From: Sminthopsis crassicaudata
Lineage: Eukaryota
Assembly: GCF_048593235.1 (NCBI RefSeq)
Contig: NC_133619.1
Location: forward strand, 636,842,558 to 636,906,557
Length of the DNA: 64,000 nt
Direction of reading: 5' to 3'
The notes under the pieces were generated by a model. That model was given only the letters and a program-made list of their open reading frames with translations. It was not told the origin of the DNA and ran no database searches. Positions 22,301 to 37,170 of this stretch are shown in pieces (positions within the stretch are counted from its first letter, which is position 1; every line of letters starts with the position of its first letter). A program made the translations under genes and the position numbers.

Positions 22301-25300
22301 AGGCTCCGCCGCCCACCAGGGACTTGGGCCTGGAGAGGAGACAGCGACCTGGGGGAGGACGGTGGGAAAGTCCATCAGCCGAGCCAGCCATCCCATGGGC
22401 CCTGCAGGCAAAGCCAAGCGCAGCCCTCCCCCCTCGGGAGCCCTGGCAGGCCAAGCCCCCGGCCAGGGATCAGCAAGGCAGGGACCCTGGGGCGGGGGGT
22501 GGGGGGGTGGGAGCGGGGGCCGGGGGACATCGGGGAGGGGCATCAGCGACAGGCGAGGAGGAGGCAGAGGCGGCAGCAGCTGCAGGAGGAAAGCCGCTTC
22601 AGTTACCTCGGGAGGGCCCGGCCGACGATCCGCGTCCCGCAGGGGTCCGGGGTTTGTGGGGCGGGGGTGGGAAGGAGAGAAGGGGATGTGGCAAGGGTTT
22701 CTTGGGAAAAGGTGATCTCTAAAATGGGGGGAGAGGGTCTTCAAAGCCAAGGGAGCTGGGAACGCCAGTCGTGTACCATCGGTCCCATCGGCCACCCCCC
22801 GCCCCGACCCAGATTCCCCTGGTCCCGAGGGGGCCCCTGAGGGAGCTAAGGGAGGTGCTGGAGATGCAGCGTCCGGGACCAGTGGGGGATCCTGAGTCGA
22901 GGAGCTGAAATGAGAAGGAGGCTGGGGAAGGGGGCAGGGTTCTTGGGGTCCCGGGGGCCGAGCTGGAGGCTGCCCAGGTCAGGGCAGTGATCCCGGGGCC
23001 CGCCCGCCCCCGCCGGGCCTCCCTCTCCACAAGCGCACGTGAGGCCGGAGTACCTGCAGGGTCCAGGCCCGCCGAGGCGAACGTGTCGCTGAACAGAACG
23101 TCCACGTGGCTCAGCAGAAACTCCACGACGACAGACTGGACTCGGACCTCGCGGAAGGCCGCAGCGCCGCCCAGCCCCACCGACTCCAGCTCCATCGACC
23201 TGCGGGCACCAGGATGTGGGGCTCAGGGCGTCCCCCAGAGGGCGGGGCCCACGTGGGGAGACCCCTCCCAAGGCCGCGCACTCACCGGAGCAGGTTGGGG
23301 GCCCACACGATGGCCAGGTTGCGGGCATGCATGCTGGTGTTGGCACTGTGCTGGGCCATGCGCGAGAGGTGGCGCAGCAGGTACTCCAGAGTCCTGGGGC
23401 GGGGAGAGGGTGCACTCACGGACCCCTCCCCCACGGTGAGCCCCCCGCCCCCCGCCCGGCCCCAGCCCCGGCCTGCCCTCGCCGTACCGGTAATGAGGCG
23501 GGGGCAGCTGCTGGATGACATCGTGAACCCGGACCAGCCGCTCCTCCTCCCCGGGCACAGACATGGCCTCCTGGGGGAACAGGGCGCGAGTGAGTGCGGG
23601 CGGATGGGGCCTTGGGCTGCAGGCGCCCGGTGCGGCCCCCTCCCCACTTACACTGAACTTTCCGTAGAGCTGGTAGGTGAGCAGGGGGTTGGGCAACTCT
23701 CGGAAGTAGAGTTTGCAAAGGGAAGAGACGCTGTGGATGTCCTGCAGGAAGGCCGGTCCGCGCAGCTCGGGGATGCGCTCGCTGTCAAACTCGTGCCTGA
23801 GGGCCGTGGAGGGGGGGACAAGCTGGGAGCTTCTCCCCAGGCCCCGCGGCCCCCCCATCCCAGGCTCGCCCCCCCGCCCCCACTGGGCCCTCGGCCTCCC
23901 GACCTTAGTTTCTGGATGTTGGAAGAAACGCCGGAGAGGCGGTAGATCCCGTCCACGACCCCGTGGGCCTCGATGAACTCTGAGCAGCAGCGCAGGACTT
24001 GGGGAACTATAAGGGGGAGGGCATAAGGGAGCACCATCAGGTGCGGGGGATGGGGAACAGACTAGGGGCAGGAGAGGACAGAGCCAGGTAGAGAGGGATG
24101 CCCCATGGGGGGTACGATGAGTCTTCATTTGTAAGTTAGTGACAGCTTTAGCTGAGATCTGCATTCGAATCCTACCTCTGGCCTTGCTAGTGACCATGAG
24201 GCAAATCACTGAGCCTCAGTTTTCCCATCTGTAAAGTGGGGGTCACACTTCATGAGATTGCCGAGAACAGCCAACGCGATACTGTCCGGTGCTTTGGGTG
24301 ACAGAACCAACAGGGCGAGACCCCCGCAGTGCGGAGGCCGGGAGCTCACCGTCTTGGCCGGAGTTGCTGAGATGCTCTCCCAGGTCACAGCCGAAGACGC
24401 GCTGCCGGAGGATGCCCCGCTGCCTTAGCCGCTGCCGGGATGGGCGGGAGCGAATGAAGGAACGCAGGAGGCCCGCGAGCTTTCCTCGGGGCCGGGGCAC
24501 TGCTCAGCGGGGGTGGCGGCGGGAGAGAAAGAGGGGATTCAGTGTCAGGGAGAACGCGGCCACCGAGGGCGGGGGGTCTGGGGCGGGGCCCGGGGGTGGC
24601 AGCCCCACTTGTTACCTGCTGTTAGAGAGGGCGGGCCCTCCCTTAGGGGAGCCGGGATGCCGGATGTGGGGCCGTCGGGATCTGTGGGGGAAACCAGCAG
24701 CGATGGCTCCAGGTCCCACCCCCTCCCCCACCCTCTCCCTGGTACTGCCCGCTCATAGTTACCAGCTTTGACCCCCAGGCCCGGTCGTTCAGTGAACAGT
24801 TCCACACACTCACTGGGGAAGAAACCAACCTAAGGGAAAGGGCCAAAAGCCAAAGGTCAGACGGTCGGGCGCCCCTCTGCGTCCGTGCCCTCTTAAGATT
24901 TCCCCTACCCCCTTTTCTACCTGGAATCCATGTTTTCCGCGCCACCAGCTTCGGTCCTCAGTGGGCGGCATGTCAATCACAGAGACGATGTCACCAACCT
25001 GAGAATGGGGAGCAGTGGGAGTCAGGGGGGGCAATGTTCTAAGCAAGCCCTGTAGCCCCTTCCCCTGAAACATCACCTCAAAGGACAGTTCATCCGGGGC
25101 CTGGGCCGTGTACCGTTTGACCACGTGGGCCGCGGCCACAGCGGGGACGTTCAGGGAGGCCTCCTCGCTGAGCAGCAGCCGGCGGCCGTGGTTATCCAGC
25201 TGGGAAGGAGCAGGGGTAGAGGTGGCGGTCGTCACGGAGCCCCTCCCCTCCTCCCGCTCCACGGGCCCTTCCGCCCCCCCCCCGACATCCCAAGCTGCGT

Positions 25301-28300
25301 CTGACCCACAGCCCGCTCCACTTCCTTCCCTGCTCCCACTCCCTCCCTCCCTCCCTTTCTCTCTCCCCTCTTTCTTCTCTTCCCTTTCCCTTCTCATCCA
25401 TCCCTCCTTTCCCTTGCTCTTGTTCTTCTGAACGCCCCCCACATATCCCCCCACCCCCCTACCTCCATCCAGGTGAGCACAGGGCCACAGTTGAGGTTGC
25501 TGTCCACCAGCCCGGAGAGGGTCTCGAGGTACTGGAGGAGCAGGGGCACCAGGAGCTGCGTTGGGAAGAAGCGGCTGGGATGAGGTGGAGCCGAGGAGCC
25601 TCCCTTCCCCCCACTGCTCAGGGGCGGGGGCCCTACCTGGCTCCGGGAGCCCTCTGGAGCCGGGGGCAGCTCGGGAAGGCGAGAGAAGCGCCGGTCAAAG
25701 ATGCAGCGGTGCAGGTGGCTATCCAGGGAGCGGAAGTCGTCATAGCTTCGCAGCACAGGCCAGGACCGGCCCTGGGGGAGACGGGGGCAAGCAGGGACCC
25801 GGTGACCCTGGGGACCTTCGGCTGGAGAAGGTTCAAGGGCCAGAGGCTGGGATGAATCGGGAGCAAAGCTAGGTTACTGATCAGTCGGGGTAGGGTCGAA
25901 GGCCAAAGGGTGAGTCAAGGGTCTCACCTGACAGGTCACCTGGACCCCAAACACCAGCTCATTATCACTAGGGAGATTGGAGCCTTCGCGATCTGGAGAC
26001 AGCAGCAGCTGAAAGGGGAAATCAAGGCCCCAGGGCCCAGGACTTGTGGGCCTTCCAGCCCCGCTCCCCACCTGGACAGACACCTCACAAAAGGGGACAG
26101 AGCAGGTGGGGAAGGGGTTGCTGGTGGAGGAGGGGGAGGGGCAGGGCTCACTTGGGGACCTCATGCTGCCATAGCCAGAGGGGGGCCCCCGAGTACCTGA
26201 ATGTGGCCAAAATCGACATTCTCATAGTGGAAGTGGGCACAGTCCGCCAGCCGGGGAAAAGGGCCCCGAGGGGCAGAGACCCTGGGGGTGCAAGTCACAA
26301 GTCACTGAGGGCAGAGCTCGGCCCTGAAGCTGCACGTGGAGCGGGGTCTCCTCCAGAAGCGCCCTCACTCCCACAATCCCCAGCAGCGCCCATCCCTTCC
26401 TACCTCTTGCCGGGTTTCCCTTTCACGTTGGAGCCCCCTGAAGGGGGTAGGGGCTGCACCGGCCCCTCCCCCGGCCCCTCCAGGTTATCTGTGCTTCTGG
26501 CCTGTGGGAAGAGAAGGAGGCCTGAGGAAGGCCTGGCCCCTCCCCAGGTCTCCCGGCCCCAGGGCTACCACCAGGCGGCCACAGCGCCAAGGGAAGTCCT
26601 CGGGCTGCCCTCCGAGCCGGCCCTCTGCGATGGGACGCCGGGACTGCGCGGCAGGGGCCCGGGAGGGGTGCTGTCATCCTATTTACAGATGAAGAAACTG
26701 AGGCAGGAGTGAGACTCGAACTCCGGGCCCGGCGCCGCCCAATGCCCCACCGGCTGCTCCAAGACCTCCCGTAGATGGGACAGGAAGGGGGCAGAAGGGG
26801 GAACACGGAGAATCGGGAACGGAGATGCTGCCCCAAGAGCCAAAAGGGGGGAATGTGTGGGCAGAGCAGGAAGAAATGGGGGGTCACAAGGAAAGGGGGG
26901 CAGCAAAGAGCCCAATCAGGAAGAGACAGAGGGTCGGGCTGGGCCACAGCTGGAGGCGAGGAGGGCAGCGGAGACCCAGGGCTGGTCAGGGCCGGGGCGG
27001 GAGGGAGCGCGCTGGCTGCGGAGGGCGGAGCAGGCGGCTGAGGCAGAGCTGAAGGGCAAGACAGGACCGAAGGTCGGGCCGAGGGACGACGGAGACCCTG
27101 GGTGGGGGGACGGAGACCCGGGAGGATGGAGACCCTGGAAGGGGAGGATGAAGACCCTGGAAGGGGAGGATGGAGACCCGGGAGGGGAGGATGGAGACCT
27201 GGGTCGGGGGACGGAGACCCTGGAGGATGGAGACCTGGGAGGGGAGGATGGAGACCCTGAAAGGGGAAGATGGAGACTCAGGAGGGGAGGATGGAGACCC
27301 TGGAAGGGGAGGATGGAGACTCGGGAGGATGGAGACTCAGGAGGATGGAGACCCTGGAAGAGGAGGATGGAGACTCTGGAAGAGGAGGATGGAGACCCTG
27401 GAAGAGGAGGACGGAGACCCGGGAGGGGAGGATGGAGACCTGGGAGGGGAGGATGGAGACCTGGGAGGGGAGGATGGAGACCCTGGAAGGGGAGGATGGA
27501 GACCCGGGAGGGGAGGATGGAGACCCGGGAGGGGAGGATGGAGACCTGGGTCGGGGGACGGAGACCCTGGAGGATGGAGACCTGGGAGGGGAGGATGGAG
27601 ACCTGGGAGGGGAGGATGGAGACCCTGAAAGGGGAAGATGGAGACTCAGGAGGGGAGGATGGAGACCCGGGAAGGGGAGGATGGAGACTCGGGAGGATGG
27701 AGACTCAGGAGGATGGAGACCCTGGAAGAGGAGGATGGAGACTCTGGAAGAGGAGGATGGAGACCCTGGAAGAGGAGGACGGAGACCCGGGAGGGGAGGA
27801 TGGAGACCTGGGAGGGGAGGATGGAGACCTGGGAGGGGAGGATGGAGACCCTGGAAGGGGAGGATGGAGACCCGGGAGGGGAGGATGGAGACCCGGGAGG
27901 GGAGGATGGAGACCCTGGGAGGGGAGGATGGAGACCCTGGAAGGGGAGGATGGAGACCCGGGAGGGGAGGATGGAGACCCTGTAAGAGGAGGATGGAGAC
28001 CCGGGAGGGGAGGATGGAGACCCTGGAAGGGGAGGATGGAGACCCGGGAGGGGAGGATGGAGACCCGGGAGGGGAGGATGGAGACCCGGGAAGGGAGGAT
28101 GGAGAGTTGGGCCGGGAGGACAGAGACTCCAGAAAGGGAGGATGGAGACCCTAGGAGGTGGGGATAGAGACTATTAAGAGAAGATAGAAACCTTTGGAAG
28201 AAAAGATGGATCGCCCAGGAGGAAAGGTTGGAGACCCTGGTAGTAGAAGATGGAGACTCCAGAAAGGGAGGCTGGAGACTGGGAGGGGGGAGGAAGATGA

Positions 28301-28760
28301 AGACAATTGGAGGAGAAGAGAAGAGACTGCGGGGGGAGAGGAAGGATGCAGACCCTATTAGGGGAGGATGGAGACTTGGGAGGATGGAGGTGCCGGGTGG
28401 GAAAGATGGGGACCCCAGAAGGGGAAGATGGAGACTAGTAGAGAAGAGGAGGGAGCCTCCAGGAGGGAGGACAGGGATTATTAGAGGAGAGGTTGGAGAC
28501 CCTGGGAGGGGAGGAGGGAGACCCCAGAAGAGGAGGATGGGGACGCTAGGAGGGGAGGAGGGAGACCCTGGAGGGGAAGACGCCCCCACAGACTGGGAGG
28601 GGCGGACGGAGCCCGTGAGGAGGGCAGATACGCACTAAAGGGAGGAGGCGGCCCTGGACTTGGGGATGCAGACATGGAGGGAGGAGGACGGAGGCCGCTG
28701 AGTCCCGCCCCGCCCCCACACCCGGCAGCCGGACACCGCCCCCGTCCCGCTCACCACCAT
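19378..28760 (-). CDS. ARHGAP33: Rho GTPase-activating protein 33 (PX, SH3, RhoGAP, Pro-rich tail), 21 coding exons, ~1270 aa
   Basis: Exons 28760-28755, 26501-26404, 26281-26197, 26008-25928, 25771-25637, 25555-25463, 25199-25077, 24998-24921, 24829-24763, 24681-24616, 24502-24350, 24006-23904, 23796-23652, 23570-23488, 23393-23286, 23199-23054, 22348-22207, 22126-21981, 21891-21817, 21343-20708, 20621-19378 (3813 nt). Motifs RSYDDF, WWRGKHGFQVGFFP, GIYRLSG, NLAIVWAPNLLR, ENLYYEI, GQTHSYC*. Minus-strand AATAAA at 18948-18953. Confidence 0.97.
24140..24260 (+). mobile_element. MIR fragment in an ARHGAP33 intron
   Basis: ttcgaatcctacctct...gcaaatcactgagcctcagttttcccatctgtaaagtggg. Confidence 0.7.
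27120..28600. repeat. GA-rich 21-22-bp VNTR (GGGGAGGATGGAGACCCTGGAA type) in ARHGAP33 intron 1, degenerate beyond ~28150
   Basis: Dozens of ggatggagac units; the long RMETREG/EDGDPGG ORFs here are its translation. Confidence 0.95.
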
Positions 28761-29200
28761 GGCCCGTCGTGTCGCCACCACCGCTGCCGTCCCCCTGTCA
28801 CCCCGGGCGGGCGAAGGGCCCGAGGGAACAGGCCGCGCTCCCACTCCTCCTCAGGCCGGGGCCTCCTCCTCCGCTGCCTCCGCAGCCTCCGCCGCCGCCA
28901 TGGCGACACAATGGGGAGAGGGGTGCGCGGGCCGAGGCCACGCCCCTAACGGCCACAACGACCGGGCGCGCGCGCGCGGGGGGCGGGGACTGGGAAGGCG
29001 CCAACCAGCCAGAGGAGAGCTCAATTCCGGGCTCCGCCTCGCAGAACCTTCATTGGCCTCCGTTTCAATGGGCCCCGCCCCCGGGAGCTGTCCGCCTGGG
29101 CTGTCAAACAAAGCGGCCCTTGTGGAGGGGGGCGGGAGGCCGAAGCCCGAGGATCCTCGGGAGAGGCAGCGGGGCGCCAAGTGCGGGGAGCGCCTGCCCC
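28700..29200 (-). promoter_or_regulatory. ARHGAP33 CpG-island promoter and 5' leader
   Basis: High CpG density, GC boxes and ccaat/attgg motifs immediately upstream of the ATG-GTG first coding exon. Confidence 0.7.
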
Positions 29201-29593
29201 GGAGTCCGGGCCCCGAACTTGACTGAGTCATGGACGGTGCCCTGAACCCGCTGGGCCTCAGTTTCTCCATCTGTGAAATGAGCCGGCTGTTTTCCGAGGC
29301 CCCTTCCTGCTCTAGAACAAGGGTCGCTGACTGTCGGACCCACACGTACTCACAACCTGGGGCCTGCCTTCCCTTTCGACTTCGTGGCCCCCAGGGCCTC
29401 AGCCCCTTCTCGTGCATTGTTTGCAAGCTATAATGCCCCCTCCCCGCTTTTCCTCCCCCCCATATTCACTGCCAAGACCTAGAGGGGAGGTGCCACAGGA
29501 GGGTCCCAAAGGCGCCTGCGGCCCTGCCCAGCCCCTGGCTTTGTCCCTCACTGAAGAAAGCAAGTCAGACACGATTCAGAGAGCATTTATTCC

Positions 29594-34339
<4,746 letters not shown>

Positions 34340-35840
34340 TCTGCCGCCGCTGCTCTCACCTCCACTTTTCTCTCTCTTCTCCCGCCTCGTAGCTGAAGCG
34401 GTACGTTGCTAAGCAACAACTTCAGACCCGCCCCCTTTCGCCGGAAGAATCAAGGCGGGAAAAAGAGCGGCCCCCGTCACCACTCCACGAGATGCCGCGC
34501 CCAGATGCGCATGCGCAGATAGTGCGGTCGTCCATTCGTGGGTTTTATTCTGCGGGGGGCGGGGCTTAGGAGGAAGGCTGGCGCCATGCTATTGGCCACT
34601 CCTCTTTCTAGGCCCGTAAATAGATAATGATTGACAAGGACTCTGCTGCGTCCCGCGCACACTTGCTGTGTGCTGTCCTAGACGTCCTCGGGAGGATTCT
34701 GCTCTTTTTGGGGGTTACGGCCCTTACCACCAGAGGCCGTCCCTCTCCCATGCGTGCTCCAGACGCCGCCGTTTCCGGCCTCCTCCCCGCCCCGGCCCCC
34801 ACCCTCACCCCGTGGAAGTCGGTAGCCCCCACTCCAGCGGTGGGGAAGCCGATGCCCGGGAGCTCGGGCTGGGGGCGCTCCGCCCCCCGCGGCGACCAGG
34901 CATTCCTGGCTGCTGGGCCAGCGGGCCCACAGGTGGCGGGGATCAGCAGCCTGTGCTATTTCTGGCCCTGCCCACATGCCTCTGGCTCCCGGCCCAGGGG
35001 GACAGCGCGTCCCGGCCACCTTCCCCCGGGACCATGACTCACCGCACCTGGGGAGGGGGCGGTCACGGGACCCCTGCCCGGCCCAGCCTGGCTCGGGCCT
35101 TCTGGGGGTACAGCTTGGAGGACCCCGAGAGGTTCCAAGCTTTGAGTCTCTGAGGGTGAGCCCGGGCACTGCCATCCACCGGAGCTATGCCACCTCCACC
35201 CCCACTCCTTGGATGGGCCTGGGCACGGTCCTGAGGGGGGGAAGGGCTGGACCTCTCCAAAGTCCAATTGTCTCTGGAAGATCCTCTGGGGCCTCTTCCC
35301 TGCTCCTCCCCTCCAAAGGCCAGTAAGTGGATAAGGACGGAGGCCCCCCCCACTGCACATGCCAGTCTTGCCCCAGCCCCCACCCGGGGAGGCCCCAAAT
35401 GGAAACAGGACTTGCCAGGCTGGATGCGTCACTGCCCAGATCTAGGCGGCTTAAAGGGGCAGCAGCCTGATGCCAGGGGCTTCTTAGGGCCCCTTCAGGG
35501 AGGTGCGCCCTTACCCTGGGACCTGCTCACTCCCTTGGGGCCAGAGCTGTCAGTCCTGTGCAGCCTCTGCCCCTCCTTGTTTTGGCTGGTCCTCCCACAG
35601 CTCCCACCCGAGGCACATTTGCGTCCAGAGCCCTCTGCCTGCATCAAAAAGGCTTCCTGGTCTTTGGGGGGAGGCCCTGGGGGTCTCAGCCAGCCTTCTG
35701 CAGAATGTGCTGGCTTCCATGTCTCCCCCTGCTGTGGGCATCGGGTCAGGGGCTCTCCCTCCTCTCCAGGCTGGCAGGGAACTCTCCAGAATCCTGCTCC
35801 GGGGGAGGGAAGGGGAGGGGCTGGGAAGGTGGGGGCCTGG

Positions 35841-35846
35841 TATAAA
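35841..35846 (+). promoter_or_regulatory. HSPB6 TATA box
   Basis: TATAAA 55 bp upstream of the HSPB6 ATG in a GC-rich context. Confidence 0.75.
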
Positions 35847-35895
35847 GGGGCCAGGCTGGGTGCCTGCTGGGCACTTGCTGCTGCCCAGCCTGACC

Positions 35896-36895
35896 ATGGA
35901 GATCCCTGTGCCCATCCAGCCATCCTGGCTGCGCCGCCCAGCCCCCCTGGCGTTCCCCAGCCTGACCACCCCCACCAGGCTCTTCGATCAGCGCTTTGGG
36001 GAGGGTCTGCTGGAGGCTGAGCTGGCTGCCCTCTGCCCACAGGCTCTAGCACCCTACTACCTTCGGGCACCTAGCGTGGCCCTTAGGGCTGATCCTGGTC
36101 CTGGAGAGGTATGAATCTTCCCAATGCCACCTCGGGCCAAGCGGGGCATGGCTCCCACTTCCCAGCCCCTCCTCTCCTGAATCCCAGAGGGTCTTTTTGT
36201 TGAATGCCTACTCAGTGGGGGACAGGAACTTTTTTCAAGGCCAGGGAAAACCTCCATTGCCAAAGGGCCCCCAGGCAGCTGGAGAGAATCTCTGCTCAAC
36301 TTCCTTTTCCTCCTGAGCGCTCCCCAAGCCCGAGCCCTCCCCAGGAGACCCCTTTGGCGTTAACCCTTCTCCCTGTGCCCAGAGACCCATGCAGCCATCC
36401 CTCGGGTACTCCCTCCGAGCTCGCTCTCCCCTAACCTACAGGTGACCCTGGCCAAGGGGGAGTTCTCTGTGTTACTGGATGTGAAGCACTTCTCCCCAGA
36501 GGAGATCAATGTTAAGGTGGTAGGGGAGCACGTGGAAGTCCATGCCCGCCATGAGGAACGCCCGGTATGTGGGGAAGGGGGGCAGAGGCCCAGCAGGGCC
36601 AGGTTGGAGGGAGGCAGAGGAGAAGGGGGGGGAGGGAAGCGAGGAAGGGTGCAGGGGCATGAGTCACCCCGGCCTGAAGGGGGGTGCTATCATATTGCAG
36701 GATGAGCACGGCTTCATCTCCCGGGAGTTTCACCGCCGCTATCGGCTACCAGAGGGGGTGGACCCCGCCTCGGTGACCTCGGCCCTGTCCCCCGAGGGGA
36801 TCCTGTCCATCCAGGCCCCAGCCACTACTCCAGGGACCCAGGCAGCTGAGCGCACTGTGCCCATTGCCCAGGGAGCAGTGTCTGGGGCAAAGTAG
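35896..36895 (+). CDS. HSPB6: Small heat shock protein beta-6 (Hsp20), 3 exons, 176 aa
   Basis: Exons 35896-36108, 36442-36564, 36701-36895. [70 protein letters not shown] at 37064-37069. Confidence 0.97.
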
Positions 36896-37170
36896 AAGGG
36901 GCACTTTTCCCTCCAGCTGTGACCCTGCTGCCAGCTAACTCTCTCTGGGTGCTGCCCCCATCCTCAATGCTTATTCCTGCCCCTCAGGCCCTTCCCCCCC
37001 ACCCTAGCTCTGGCCTTCCCGATGACCAGCCCCAGCTCCGGAGAGCCCCTGCCTCCAGGACCCAATAAAAGCCCTGGACCTCTCCCCCCGTGATGTCCGG
37101 TCTGTGGGCCTCGTGAGGGGAAGAGAGCAGACGGGGTGCTGGGCTGGGGGACGCTTTTATTGGGGGAAGG

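Noticed and set aside
26857-28638. RMETREG/EDGDPGG/GGWRP repeat ORFs up to 436 aa
   Set aside because: Translation of the intronic GA-rich VNTR, antisense to ARHGAP33; no splice or promoter support.
28900-29226. Plus-strand ORF with perfect Kozak gccgccATGG (MATQWGEG...)
   Set aside because: Arises from the CCATGG palindrome in the ARHGAP33 CpG island; low-complexity product with no splice or poly(A) support.
34627-35500. Overlapping 110-250-aa ORFs between PROSER3 and HSPB6
   Set aside because: No recognisable domain or consistent exon chain; expected in GC-rich promoter DNA.
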